Source: Lobosporangium transversale (lineage: Eukaryota). Taken from it: a stretch of 64,000 nt of DNA. The position numbers and the translations under genes were made by a program. The DNA is taken from assembly GCF_002105155.1 (NCBI RefSeq), contig NW_019028988.1, positions 806,001-870,000 on the forward strand, written 5' to 3'. Under the pieces are notes generated by a model, which was given only the letters and a program-made list of their open reading frames with translations, ran no database searches and was not told where the DNA came from. Below, in pieces: positions 1-18,704 of this stretch (the stretch's first letter is position 1; every line of letters starts with the position of its first letter).

Positions 1-1435
1 GTTCCCGAATTATTGTCGATCATCAATGTCCAGTCGTCATGATGGGACTCATCCCTGAACAATCGGAACTCGCCCGCATAAATGACCTCAGTTGCACGAT
101 TAGCATGCATTGCGTGTTTGGACATGAAATCCTGAAAGAAGGCTGCTCCAGTTTCTGAAAAGTATAGTCCCTTGGGGATAAGACTATATGTGAATACCAC
201 CATCTTTAAATCCTGTTCCGGATTGTTCTTCAACCGATCACCATGTAATAGTTTGCCTAGGTCAGCTGCCGTTGCCGGCTCACCATAGATAGTATTATGG
301 CCATGACGATACAGATAAGAATGTTGAGAATGAATGGCGTTGCGGATGTTTAAGCTTTCATAAGTGTCTGCAAAAATCCGTTTAGAGTTTTCATATTTGA
401 CATTCCAATGCTGACGGTCTGATCCAAAGACATCAATCAAGTGGTATAGGCGGATACGGTATGCATAAAACTCGTACTTGTTCTCCCAAATTAAGACACC
501 GGCAGCATAGCTTGTATGACGTGAGTAACGGGCTGGACCTCTGGTTGAAGGCTTGGTCAATGCTGCAGATTCGCCTGCACTTCTGTATCCTTTCGTCTAT
601 ACACACGCACAAGAAAGAAACAAAATCAGCCAATCACATCATTGCTACAATCAGGCACTGTCATGTTATGAAACAGACCATGCCTTAAGATTACGTTGTA
701 TTCGAAAAAACAAAAAAAAAAAAAAATTATCTGGCGCACATTCATTAATGTATGAATGATAAAAAACACATACTTGAACCAACACATGACCCCTTTGCTT
801 TCCATCCGGTTTTGTGATTTCTAGAACATGTTCCAAAGTGCCATCGAGTTTGGATCCGAGTTCAAGGAAAGCTTTTCCCAACGGTGTGTCCTCTTTCATT
901 TTGTCTTTATCCATAATATTCATTTCGAGTACAGTTCCTTCTGGAACATTCAAAAGGCTCCACTTGGCATTCCAGACGGGGTTCAACGTGCTCCAATGCA
1001 CTCCAGTACTATTATAGAAGATGTAATGAAAATGAAAAGGTAATGAGAACAAATAAAGAAAAAAAAAAAAAAAAAAAAAGTAGCAGAAGAGAAAAAATAT
1101 TATTACATATAAGCCAATGTTGCTGGATCTGTTGGAGGGCCAAGATAGGCTTCTAGATAAGGGTCTGAGGTGAGGATATCTCCTACGGGAACATCCTGAT
1201 AATATAAAACAAAGAGAAATCAGCTTTCCTGCTTGAAGAGAGAGAAAAGAGAGAATATACTTTAATAGGGTAATAACTTTACTTCGGCACCCTTGAAAAG
1301 GATTTCATAGTCCCAATTCTTGCTAGTGACGACATTTTTGCTGCTTTCTTGAGATAATGATGCATCTTTAACTGCATACTTCTCCCTATAATGGTGAATT
1401 AGTGAAGAGAACTTGTTGTGAAGTGAGGACAGCAT
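1..1435 (-). CDS. C2-domain-containing protein, multi-exon, 3' end runs off the window
   Basis: ATG at 1435. Exons read DVPVGDILTSDPYLEAYL, then TGVHWSTLNPVWNAKWSLLNVPEGTVLEMNIMDKDKMKEDTPLGKA (C2-type SDPY / TLNPVWN / D.D...D..LG motifs). The last visible exon reads ...FMSKHAMHANRATEVIYAGEF...IDNNSG, open to position 1. Confidence 0.8.
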
Positions 1436-2093
1436 GTTTACTAAAGAAGGGAGAATAATGGTGTAAGAAGAGATTGTTATAAAAAAAAAATTAAAAAAAG
1501 AGAAAAAAGTCGTGAATGTGACATAATAGCACATTCGGTATAATGAAAAGCACGTGTGTTATGGGCATGTTTTTTTTTTGAGACCATCCTTTGCTCATCT
1601 GTTAAGGGCTCACCAATCTCGAACAAGGAAAGTATTGCGAACTGGATTTATTCTTTCTTATTCTTTTTTTTTTTTTATCTCTGTTGGGCATGCCAGCGTC
1701 AATGGAAGCGAAAAACGTCCATTGATTACTACAGCATGCAACCATATAATTAAGCTAAAGAGAAGCCATTGAAAGGGTCCTATAATACTAAACAATTGAC
1801 TTTTGAAATTATTTAACCATTAAAACATTATACATTGACAATATCAGTTGCCTATTACACACTAAGCCTTATTATTAATTGTACAATGAATAAGAAAAAG
1901 AATATGAGCATTATTGGATATAAAACAGATAGGATCGTTAAACAATTCAAGCATTTAGCGCACAGTTCTGAGATATTCCATAGAGTGAATTACTATCCGT
2001 TATGCTGAAAGATAAAAAAGAAGAGAAAAAGGCTAATCAATATGGATGTTGATATTTTAGGCTTAACGCAAACTTCTTTTTTTTTTTCTTGCT

Positions 2094-2905
2094 TTACCTT
2101 AACCGTTGCTTGTTCACTCGCCATCCACCATTCGTAGCCGCCAAACTTTGCATTTGCGCCATGGCTGCGGCCTGATCAATGGGTTTCAAAAGCTCAAAGC
2201 TACACAGCAACTCTTCACTCACACTCATCACAGCTCCAAAATTGTCGAACTCACCACAATAGTTCGGTGCTGAAAAGACCGTAACTAATGTCCGGTCATT
2301 GAAGAATTCATACCCATCTTCGACCACCATATGTGCTCGACAGACCAAATCAAAATCATGTTTGCTCAAAAACTTTTGAATAATACTCCGTCCAAAACAG
2401 TAGGACACTCCGCGTTCATTGTCTTCCCAGTCCTCCACTGTATCTGATGGATCCGACCACAGCAAATCATTCAATAATCCATAATCCGGTACATCTGCCG
2501 GTCGTTGGAGAGCTCGGATATCATCCATGGTTCCCAGAGAAGGTGAAAGTCCGCCATGGACACAGAAAATCTTGTTGGCAACAATAGCTGCTAGTGGTAG
2601 GCAATTGAACGCATCCACAAAAGCCTTCCACATCTTGATACTAGCCCTACGTTTGCATTCATCATAAAACCCGTAAACTATTGTATTTGAACATACACAA
2701 AGTAAAGAAAAGCTAATCAATCCACACATGTAGTTTTTCTTTCTCACCAATGTCACACAATCACGCTTTCTTTACCCGCAAAAAAAAAAAAAAAAAAAAA
2801 ACTCAGGGGCACAAACGGATTCAAATCACAAAAATTAAAGCCAGATGACCAACGAGGATCGAGCCTTGTTGTTCAATACGAAACCCGAGTATAACGCATC
2901 TGAGC

Positions 2906-2943
<38 letters not shown>

Positions 2944-4643
2944 GCCTCCTATTCTCTCTACTGTTTATCTTACACACACTCCAAAAACAAGTTCAAGTGA
3001 GTACCTCTTGTGACATTGGCGCATTCGTGGTTACCACGTAATAAGAAAAAGTTTTCGGGATACTTGATCTTGTAGCAAAAAAGCAATAGGATAGTCTCCA
3101 AGCTCTGTTTGCCTCGGTCCACATAGTCGCCAAGGAACAAGAAATTGGCTGACGGCGGGAACCCACACATCTCAAACATTCGCAGAAGATCCGTATATTG
3201 TCCATGAATATCGCCCACAATCTTCACTGGAGAATTCAGTTCAATCAATGCTGGTTGAGACAAAAATACTTCCCGTACTGTTTGACAGATATATACAATC
3301 TCATTGTTCCGTAAACAAATGTTCTTGGAGACCTTGCCGCAGTAGCCTGCATCTAACAGGCGTGAAATCATATCGTCCAGATCCATACTCTTGTTCTTGT
3401 CAATTAGGACTGACGACCCCAAAAATGGTATTCGTGATGTCGGTGAGAGCTCCAATGATTTGGATTTTGGCGAGATTGGAGGCGATCGAGAAGATGGGGA
3501 TACACTAGACGTTAAAACAGCTAATGGATTGAGATTAGGTCTCCTCACCAGGATAGATTCACCTGGCTCCAAAACCGCAAATGGAACACAAGGCTCTGGA
3601 GGAGGAGGAGGAGATGATGGCTCTTGATTATGCTGCCCTGCATCGTTGGTGTGCGCCTCTATCAACATGTCTTTGCTATTACTATCATTTTTGGTGACAT
3701 TATTGCCTTGGCTCTGTTCGTGTCCCTGTTGATTGACATCATGACCATTGACTGGTGTTCCATGGCTATTGTCGTAATTATTTTGTTGATTAATATGACC
3801 AATCGAATTACAATCACCATTGCTAAGTATGTCATTCTTAATGTGGCTATGATGCTGCTGCAAAGCATTTGTCAGAACACCATGTTTGTTCAGGATAGTT
3901 GCAGGCGTGAATGGGCCACTCTGGATATTTGATCTGTGTCCACTACTCATATACTGCATATCAGAGGGCTCTAAGCTCAGGCCTACGGTCGTTTGACCAT
4001 TTCGGGAGGGCTGCGATGGAAAAGCGTGGATACTATGGCGTTGATGCTGCTGATGTTGATCCTCATGTTGATGCTGTTGGTGGTGATGATGGTGGTGTGA
4101 GTTATCATTGGCATGTGCTAACGGTGGTATCTGAATGGTATCGAAATTCATTAATGTTGAGAGTCGCTTCTCGGAAGAATCTTGATTTTGATTGCTTGGA
4201 AGGATCATGCCTGATGCAACCGAAGCATCGACATGTACAGGGCTAGCATCTTTTGAACCAGAAGTCGCCGTGCGGGGAAGGGCACTTAAGAACGGGACAG
4301 GACTTGGGCTGTTGTTACCCCCATTTCTGGTAGTTTCATGTGATGGTTTGAGGCTGTTGCTACAAGCATGGGTATTGGTAGATCTAATAGTCGACTCGCT
4401 ATTATTATCAATATTTGCATTGGTGATGCCAAGGCTTTTATTCACAGCAAGATTTTCGTTTTGCTGTTTATCATGGAGAGCTCCATTCTCACCAATGGCT
4501 GTTGTGACGGTGCCTTGAGGAGAGGCATCAGGAGTCAGACTGCTGAGATGACCAGACGATAGCTTTTGTTTAGTTGTAGTATCCTCGAGATAAGGCCGAC
4601 CAGACCCTTTTGAATTTGATTTTTTGCTGTGCTGGTTACCCAT
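2094..4643 (-). CDS. PPZ1: PP1-like Ser/Thr protein phosphatase, Ppz type
   Basis: N-terminal MGNQHSK (myristoylation-like), long Ser/Asn/His-rich extension, then PPP motifs GDIHGQ, GDYVDRG, LRGNHE, HGG, RAH and SAPNYCGEF. One intron at about 2680-3003. A short extra 3' exon is possible. Confidence 0.93.
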
Positions 4644-4857
4644 TGATGATTACGCCCAAGTTCAAAATGTTAAGTAGGCGTTAGTTAGTCCGGCTTTAAA
4701 GAGGTATTGAAAAAAAAAAAAAAAAAAAAAAAAAAGACACGCGTGCGTTGTTCCCAAAACCACTTGAGGAAAAAGCAATTAGGAGAATGAAAGCTATGAA
4801 TGAGTTGAATGCTCAACCGAGTGAATTCAGATGTTGCAGCACAAATTGAAGGCAACG

Positions 4858-4890
<33 letters not shown>

Positions 4891-5155
4891 GTGTAAATGG
4901 AAATGATAGACACACCCAAGCACAAAACTCAAAGACAAAAAAGATATGATAGTGAAATGCAGAGAGTAGGTGGAAAAGGAGAGAAGAAAAGGAAGAGCAA
5001 GAAGGGAGAGAGGGACGATATAAACATGGAGAGGTGTGGGGATTCTATTTATTTGGTCTCTTCTTTTCTTACTTTCTTTCTCCAAATGTTTCTCTAGCAA
5101 ATTGCACCAGGCGGTCATGTCAATAAACAAATAGCGACCATTGAGCGAGCCAACC

Positions 5156-5186
<31 letters not shown>

Positions 5187-5875
5187 AAAGGGGAACAAAG
5201 TCCTTTGGCTATTACAATGATGTTGCAATTTTCCAAACCATTGGCAAGCAATTGTAGACTTTGTTTGTGTTCGGACATGCAATAACAACAAAAAATACCA
5301 ACAGACATCATGATATTCTCGTGTGTTTTTTTTTTTTTCCAAAAGAGAGTAACATTCGATGTATCAATGATATATACTTTTCGAGTCTCATGTGGTGCAC
5401 ATTTTCTGTTTGACCCTCATTCCATGGCTCTCATTTATATATGGCCAACTAATAGACACTGTGAATTGGTGATAAATGGTAATAACGATCGATAAAGAAA
5501 AGCATCAAAACCCTTTTACTAAAGTGTCTTTTTCAGAAACTCAAAATAACTTATACTTAAATAATGTAATCAGCGGCAAAGCACTCATGAAGTTTGTATT
5601 GCGAAGCATTGGTTCTTGTCGTTGACTAACTGGGTTGAAATATCGCCCAAAGTGATGTGATGATGAAGAAGAACTGCAAAGGACCTGACGTCTTACAGAC
5701 CTGTATTTACTCAACGACAAACGTGGTATGAGGTAATTATGTATATAGACGATTGACAAAACTTAGTGGCTTGGACGCATTGCCCTGTTGAACTCAGACC
5801 AAAATATAATAACGCGTCTCCTTTATTATTAAGCAAACATAGAAAGACATACAAGCATACACATTCACACACGAC

Positions 5876-6385
5876 ATGTCTTCAACCTCAGCACCACCAC
5901 ATCTATTACAGCGAATGGCTGAAAAGAAGAAGGAACTCGAACATCTTTTAGCCTTGAGGCAATTTGCAAGTCGTCTTCAAACTCATTTCGATGAGCTGTC
6001 TGAGAAGTTTGAGGCATTGACTCAGGGCAACGAAGGTAGAGCACACGAATGTTTGTAACTAAAACATATAATAAAAAAAAAAATTGGCACGTGAAATGTT
6101 GGTTACATCTAACGGCTCGAATTCTTTCCCATAATTAACATTAGCCGTCTGCAAAGTTTTAGAAAACTGGACGGACGTGTTCAGAACTATTGAGCTAACA
6201 GGTAACAACCCCTGTTACATATATATCTATACTACACTTTATTCAAGAAGGAATGCACACACTTAACGAATTAAATATGGACTATCTCTTATTACTAATA
6301 TTAAATAACTGTAGAGAACTACGCTGCTGTAGACCAGGATCAAAACCAGCAACGATCGTCTCTCGTCAAGATCCCAATAATATAG
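5876..6385 (+). CDS. DAD2: DASH/Dam1 complex subunit Dad2 (3 exons)
   Basis: Spliced product reads ...RMAEKKKELEHLLALRQFASRLQTHFDELSEKFEALTQGNEAVCKVLENWTDVFRTIELT...SLVKIPII*. It matches the Dad2 pattern (EKK.EL..L, L.NW..VFR.I, C-terminal LV+IP). Confidence 0.85.
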
Positions 6386-6440
6386 CTATGACAGCTCCAA
6401 TTAAACACAAATATGATACCCCCACAAAAGTGATGCATTT

Positions 6441-6478
<38 letters not shown>

Positions 6479-6630
6479 ATGAATAATTTTGATTTGAGAA
6501 AAAGACAAGCAGCAAGAATTAATGATCAATATTGATCAAATGAAAGGAAAAAAGACTACAGGACAACTACATAATGATAATGCTTGACAAAAGAAAAAAG
6601 AGAAAATGAGTGATGGCTATATATATTTTT

Positions 6631-8045
6631 TTAGGCCTGAGCGTCATAAGCGGCCTTCTCGATCTTGTAGGCCTCCATTGCGACCCTGTTCATTTCTGTG
6701 TACTTATTCTTCTGGGCCTCAGGAAGCGTAGCCCAGGCGTCAGCAAAGGCCTTGGACTGCTCCTTAAGGGACAGGTGAGCATACTTGCCAGATTCACGGA
6801 GATCTTTGGCATAAAGGAAGAAGTTGGACAATGGCCTCTTAGGGGCATTGGGATCCTTGAGTGAAGGTAGTCCCTTCTTTCCAGAATCACGTAAAGCCTG
6901 ACGACGCTGGTTCTCAGCCTTGTATTCCGCAGGAGTCAATTCCTGAAGACGCTGCTTAGTCTCCTTCTTGAACTGCTCAAAGTTGGCCTTGTATCTGTCT
7001 TGATAGACCTGTATTTAAAAATAATTATCCAAATGTTTAACAACCTTTGTCAACTGCTTTTTTTTTTTTTGACAAGTAACAATTGCTCCTGTTTTTGTTA
7101 CCTGTTTCTCATCCTCACTAAGCCCCTTCCACAATTGAGCGGCGATGGCGCCCTCGACAGTGGGAACCACAGGCTTGCCTGAAGCCTTGACTCTCTCCAT
7201 GTGCTCTCTGAAGAACATGTTCCAGGAGGTGCCAGGACGTTTAGGCATAGCCAAAGCGGGGGCTACACGTGAACAAGAAAACAGAATGTTAGTACATCTG
7301 TATGCCGTGTGGGAATAAACTTGGTAAAGTGCAATTTAGGCACTGCAGAAAAAAAGTGGCAAAGATAAATAAATGTACGCGTTTTGATTGTTTTATTTTA
7401 CTTTTTTTTAAAAAAATTAAAAATATTCGCGTTCTTTGTCAAAAATTAAAATCAATCTCCAAAAAAAAAAAAAAAAAAAAAAAAACGCGCCTTGCAACAA
7501 TTCAAGCTCTGTCTTTAAATTGATTTCACGTCGCAATCCACAAAGCACTTGAAATACCCTTGTGTATCTTGGCCATTGCAGAAGACGTGTTTCAGGCCGC
7601 CTTCTTGCCTGTCTGCTAAAGCCCAACCCATAACTGCGTATGCTTCAAAGATTGAAGAAAGAAAAGTTGACATTCTACTCTTTGCGATGGGTCTTTGATC
7701 TTTGATCACAGGAAAACTCAGAAATCATAAGTAGAAACAAAAAAAAGAGATAGCGCTAGAAGAAACTATATAATGTTTGTGTCCACAAGTGTTTGTATTT
7801 TAGTGAGAGAAAGTGTGTACGTGAATATATATGAGAAAAAGGATGGGAAATGTATGTTTATCAATGTGTATATTTGTTCCTATAAGAAGAGAGGGTGTGT
7901 GTGTTGGGAGGAGAGGTGGTGACATGATGGGGATGAGGATGAGGAGCATTCTTGTGGGTATGGTGGTCTTAGTTCTAAGGGCAGTTTTCTTAGACTTACT
8001 TTTCTTTGGGGGCTTTGCAGCCTTGACCTTCTGTTCCTTGGGCAT
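6631..8045 (-). CDS. Tandem HMG-box protein
   Basis: Exon 1 is 8045-8000 (MPKEQKVKAAKPPKK), followed by intron 7999-7263. Box 1 reads PKRPGTSWNMFFREH...AAQLWKGLSEDEK. Box 2 reads KDPNAPKRPLSNFFLY...AWATLPEAQKNKY. Confidence 0.9.
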
Positions 8046-11000
8046 GTCTTTATATGTAAAGTGTATGTGAATGTGATGGTGCAGGAGAGACGTGCAAGAA
8101 AAGTAATATGAATGAATGTGTCGGAAAGGGGAAAGTGGGTGTAAGAGAGAGAGGAGAGAGACAAGAGAAAAAGAGCACAATGGAAATAGTGCGTACGAAG
8201 GAGAAGCGCAAAAAAAATTTTTACTCGTTTTCACTCCAGGGGCTTTGCACGGAAAATTATTATTATTGTTGTTGTATATTATTCAATCAGTCAAGATAAC
8301 AGGGCTCTCACTCAATAAATTAGTAAATAAGTTAGTCCCCTATTATATATATATATCATGACACATCTTTCATACTGCCGACTATTGTGCTTTTATGTCT
8401 CTCTAATAACTCAACTTTGAGAGGATATAAAATGCTCTTGGGAATGGTATTAGAAGCGATGTCCTATGAGGACTAGCAAATATAAAATTGATACTGGAGG
8501 CATGACCAATGAAATGTGAGGAAAGAGGGCGCTTGTTTGCACGTGACTCGTCGTTTACGTACCAATAAAAGAGGATGCGTTGTTCCTGGATTCTAGAGTT
8601 TTGCACATGAGCCTCTTCTACTTGACTTTTCACAACTATAATAAGTATAAAATCCATAACGATCAATTTACATTTCTCCACTAGGCAACTAATGAATAGT
8701 TGTTTATAAGCATCCCTTTTTTTTTAAAAATACCACCACGCCAAATGTAGAGATGTCTTCAGTATATTGCTCTCGGTTCTCTTTGACATTGCGAAAATCT
8801 TTATACCAAGAAAGTAATGACCAATGGAATGACAATAATAACTTTCCAAAACTTATTTCCCTTTTTTGATAGATAGTCATTGAGTATTGTCCACAATAAA
8901 GCTTCGTAGCACTGACTCCATATTTATGCGATGTAGTATGAGACATGCGGGGTGCACATAGTAAGCTGCAATAAAAAAAAGGCATTAATGTCGACCCCTC
9001 CATCATGGATATCATTCACTCGAGTAGGATACTCTCAAAGTACATGATGGGTGACTGTGAAAAGATATCTTTTAGCAATTAATGAATTAAAATTGATAGT
9101 CGCTGCTGTACCCTGCTGTCATTTTCTATCCTGTTATTCTCCTTCTATTCGTTTTAAGCATTATAAAGCAACGAATGTCTTGCGGATAATTCCACAAAAG
9201 TTATAGCATTACTGCAGATGAGATTACGAAAGCTTCAAAAGGTGGGGCCACTATTAATGTTTTTATATCTGCTCGAAGGCGCAGCCAATAGCAAGTTTGC
9301 CATTTCATTTTCATGCAATGAGACATTTACCCCTGCTCTTCATGGAAGAAGTGATCCTTCTTGATCCGTACTACGATGGGTTTTGACTTTATGACTCCTC
9401 TCAGTTGTGGTCATCTATCCCTCATGTTTCTTTCATTTCCTTCTTTTCTTCAAGAGATCACATTGAAATATGACTAGAATCGGGAGGACCCATTTTTTAT
9501 TAACAACAATCTGTTGAGGCTCCCACTCAACTTCCCCTGCATGTAGCCTGAGGATTATGACGATATTGAAGATAGAAGGCCTCCACTCCTTTAAATCCTC
9601 ACTCCACTTTCTCGCTGCATAATACTTTCATTAAGCGGACATTCGTGATGAGGAGACCCTTCCCCTCTTCTCCTCATCAGGCAATCTAGTTTGTATTGAT
9701 GCATGGTTCCATCATGCATTGAGATTATGATAAAAAATAACTCCTTCTCGTCTGCATAGCATCCTAAAAATGTTGCTTCATTAGATACTGATGCTGTTGT
9801 ACCAGATGTACCGTCATATTCATCAGAGTACCAGAAACCAAATCCAATCAAAGCCAAATGCTAGGGCAAGGGAGGGCAAAAGGCCAATGTTCAAACACTA
9901 CGAGTGTTCATTCCATTCATTCCAATTCAAACTTACACATCTTTTATTTTATATATTTCAAGCCCATCTGTTACTACGTCAGGCAATGTATTTCACCCCT
10001 CACTGAAATCTCGATTCTCTTTAGTCAAGTAGTGTAATAAAAAAAATAAAATAAATAAAAACCCTTTGTCTTTCTTTAAAAACGCGTTATTTCTTGTGTG
10101 TGGAGGAAGTTGCATCAGAATGTACTTCAATTTTCATTGTATAAATATAAATGTTTATTTATGTAAGATGTTATTGTTTATGCTGGGATGCTGATGTTAG
10201 CTTGCAGATGATGGTGGGGCCACAACAAAAAGTCCTCGTGTTCAAAAATATATTATCGATATGCTTCCTCTGCTCCATTCACCTTTCGGAAGCTTGCTTT
10301 AGACGTTTAAACCTGGTGATCACACGCATGCTATAAGAACGGCACACACCCTGTATTTTTTTCTTGCTTTTTTTTATGAGAGTATCATCACTTGAGCCTC
10401 TGTAACCCCCTCTGCTTATCCCTATTCTCCCTGGGTCCACTATAACACTCGAATGTAATCAAGCCTAGGATGAATGGGACACTGTCAAATAAGAAAAGTG
10501 CCTACTTCTTATTTATTCTCCACCATTCTTACTCACCTTCTTTTGTGTTGCACACCTAGCATTGCTTCACCTTCGTCGATCTGATTCTGCATTAGATTCA
10601 TGTAAAACAAACAAAAAAAAAACACACACACACACACGACTTTGCTGTCCTTTGCCTCAAGTTTATCCCTACCTACTGCATTCATTTTATAATTCCATAT
10701 TGACCTTCGATTGGATGTGCATGAGGTTATCTTTTTCTTTTCCTTTTCCTTCTTCCATCTTTTTGTCTTTTCTTTGCATTCTTTTCATCGTGTCTACCAT
10801 AAAATTAAAACGAATAAGAACCCTTTTTCAGTTGTCCACACCTTGCCTTTTTTTTTCTCTCCTCTATTTCTAGCCCTTTACTCCACTCCTTTTCTTTTTT
10901 TTCTTCTTTCATCCTTCCTCTCCTCTCCAACTCCTCTCTTAAATTTCTTCTTTCATCCATATTACTTCCTCGTACACTGTTCTTTGTCATCATCCGACAT

Positions 11001-11174
11001 CGTGACCAACAGAAACATCGTTGCATAAGAAAAAAACTTGATCTTGTTTTTAGTTGGCTCATTCCTCATCTCAATTCCATTTTCTATTACTCTATCCACA
11101 ATTGTTTTGGATCTTTTCTCTCCCCACTCTTTCTCCCTTTAGGACACAAAATACCTATTCACTCAATTGACGTA

Positions 11175-15758
<4,584 letters not shown>

Positions 15759-18188
15759 TAAGGGAATGAAGCGAACAAAAAAGAAAAAGAAAAAGAAAAA
15801 GAAATGCGCATAAGGAGATAGTTTTAATGATTAAGGAAGTAAGCATTAAAAGGAGGAAGAAATTAAAAAGTCAACCTTTTTTATATAATTGTAATGGCAT
15901 TAAAAGATGAAAACGATTTACTAAATAGGATCAAAGGGTACATTAAAAGGGAAAAAAGAAAAAAAAAAGTAGGATAGGAATCAAAGAAAAAGATACAGCC
16001 ATGGGCATTAAATGAATGGATAAGGGCTCTCTTTTCTTCACGCGAAATACCATCTATGGTTCTCAATTCCACCCTTTCTTCCTCGCATGAGGCATCGGTG
16101 TGTAGGGCATCTGTCTCTGAAGGTGCATCAGATTTCCTAAGATTATTGCTGTTATTACTGTTATTAGTGCAACATTAACACATGCAAGATTCACAATCGA
16201 GGCATTCTGATACGCTGCTGCATCTCATCGTCTGCCGTATTTGTTGCCACCACCGTCGCAGTACAGACTCGTTATAACAAATTAAAGCTCAAGGTGGATT
16301 GTAAAAATAGGCTGTATTTTTTTTTTTTTTTTTTTTAGCAGAATATATTACCTCGCAAAATGGCACACATTCTTTTTCTCGTCAAAGAAAGCTAGTCGGC
16401 CTTGGATATGAACCTTTCATTCTTCACGCGGCAAAGAAATTGTCCAAAAATAAGTAGATGGGTGATAACTTCGACGCGGGGCAATAGGCGGCCACAGATT
16501 GTCGAAATAAAGGTACTCTTACTTTTTTACCTAACCATTTATTCGTTGAGCATTGATCTAAACTGTAATATGCAACATTTGAAATAAGTAAAAAAAAAAA
16601 GACTATCCCTTAAACCGTCAACCTGGCAAATTTGCCATTATAAATGGGCCTAAAATCCAGCAATTCATGGGCATTGCCTTGAAATTTTATTTCGATGTCG
16701 AAATAAATGACCGAAAACTAAACTGGCTTCTTTATCTGTGCCAATAAAAAACTCTTGAAGGCTTTCGCATGACACTAGCATCCTCTTGGGGGGCCCATTG
16801 TGTTGTTTATTTATTGACTGGTGTAATAGAAGTGATAATATTCGCCATAGTATCGACTTGAAAGGAGGGCAGTCTGAGTTGATTCATTCTACCGCACCAT
16901 AGAGCTTGCTCGGCAAGACTTGATTTGTCACATCATTTGCTTCCTCGTCTTCTTGATATATCTGGGTTGGTAAACACTGCTAATAGAGTTTGTTGGGCCT
17001 GTTGAAACCAGAGGGAACCACAGCAACATATCATACCCAAGGTGATACAAATATCTCTGTTGGAGTGAGTGGTGAACTGTGTGGTTCAGATGTAGTGGAC
17101 ATGAACGGCGAAAGAATGCATCGAAAGGATGTGAGCGGTTATGAGAGCAAGGAAGAAGGGGTTGGTATACCTGTTAAAGTCCTTGGCAAGAGAGCATGAG
17201 TAGCAGTTGTGATCAAAAGTTGATTTCGGTGAGTCCGCATAACAATGGTATAGTTTCTAGACCCAATCTTCCACGTACAGCATTGCATTATTGGTGTTTT
17301 CAGACCTGGCACCAATCATGCGAGGTATTTCTTTTTCTGAGGATTCCTTGTGTTAAACGGCCAGACAGAAAGCTTAATAGACATACAGACACAACGGTGA
17401 AAAAAATGTACAGTATGTGAGCAAACAGTTGCTGTGTTTATTTGTTGTCTGCACATGTCTTCTTTCATCGCGGGCTTTTTTTTTCCTTTTTTGTTCGTCA
17501 ATCACTGTGTGCACGAATAAGCAGCTGGAGCATCTCTTTGGTTTCTGTACATGCATAAACACATTTTACATCGCGGCGTCTTATTTATTTTCTGCAATTC
17601 CAAAACACAAAACACAAGCGTTTTCCATTGGTGCCTCCAGAAGAAATAAACAAACTTTATTTTGGCGGCCACTCCACAATCATGCCATGGTTATAACAAT
17701 CCCTAGGAAAGGATGAAACGCGTCGGTATTAATCTCGCTTCTGTAATTCTAAATGCATATATATTGGTGATTGGTATCAACTATCAAGTTCGCACATACA
17801 CACACCAAACGACCGCCAAAAACCACCACTCTCGCTTCTGCTCTCCCTCCATCCACAAGGCGCTGCGCAATATCACCATTAACAAGGCACCGTCCAGTAA
17901 GAAAGGGTACTTAGCTAGCTTTTACTCCAAGCAATAAGCACATCACCTATCTCCGCCATTGATGCCGGAACCTGAGAGCCAACGAATATCTCTGCTTTAA
18001 CGCAATAGTACTGGGGCTGTTGGAGCAAAGAACGACATCTGAACCCATTCTCTGATAAAAAAGACTTTTTTTTTCTTTAGTTGTTACCTTTGACAAGGAT
18101 ATAATCACCAAGTCATATCTGTCAATGCATTTATTACCCCTGTTCAAAATTATAAATCATTAAATTCCTCACAAAGCAAGGGCCACTG

Positions 18189-18432
18189 CAAACAAAAGAA
18201 GCTGAAAAAAAATTGTATAACAAAGGATCGACATCAACACTATATGCTGTATACCAAGATGGTTTCACTTTGGTATCTCAATGCTATTTCTTCCAATCTG
18301 CCGTTCATGCGAGAGCTTGTATTTATTTGTCAATCTCTGCTATTGACTGGGACAAAACCCCAATCCAAACAAAGGAACTGAATAAAGATTGATGTGGCCT
18401 GTGAAGCAAAGGATCGATATCAAAACTATATG
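18189..18432 (+). repeat. Degenerate direct repeat upstream of the nuclease-Fanzor gene
   Basis: Core CAAAGGATCGAcATCAAcACTATATG (18221-18246) matches CAAAGGATCGAtATCAAaACTATATG (18407-18432) at 24/26. Each core is preceded by a related CAAACAAARGAA(G)CTGAA...ATTG block (18189 and 18366). Confidence 0.75.
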
Positions 18433-18462
18433 AGGCAATGATAAAACTCATCATCAATCCAG

Positions 18463-18475
18463 GATATAAAAAGGG
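18463..18475 (+). promoter_or_regulatory. Possible TATA-like element for the nuclease-Fanzor gene
   Basis: GATATAAAAAGGG about 240 bp before ATG 18705, followed by a pyrimidine-rich leader. Confidence 0.35.
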
Positions 18476-18704
18476 ATCATTGTCTTCCTCCTTCAAAGTC
18501 CCATCCCTTTTACCACTGCCACTTGTTCCTGTATCTTTCCCTCAATATTCTTTATCTATTCGCTTTGAATCTTTACACCATAAAAAGCTCATCCTTTTAT
18601 ACCTTTGTCGCTCTTTTTTTTTTTTTTTTTTTTTTTTCTTTTTCATTTCTTTTCATCACCATCATTTTTCCTTTTTTCTTTCTCTTTTCGCTTAGATATT
18701 GACC

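Noticed and set aside
8400..10100. Short ORFs between the HMG and kinase genes
   Set aside because: No recognisable motifs or coherent exon chain.
16740..18060. Coding-like stretches upstream of the Fanzor gene as a transposase remnant
   Set aside because: The frames I translated contain stops and no transposase motif. At most it is an unidentifiable gene relic.
18189..18432. Direct repeats as a CRISPR-like array
   Set aside because: Only two imperfect copies with a 160-bp gap, in a eukaryotic context with no cas genes.
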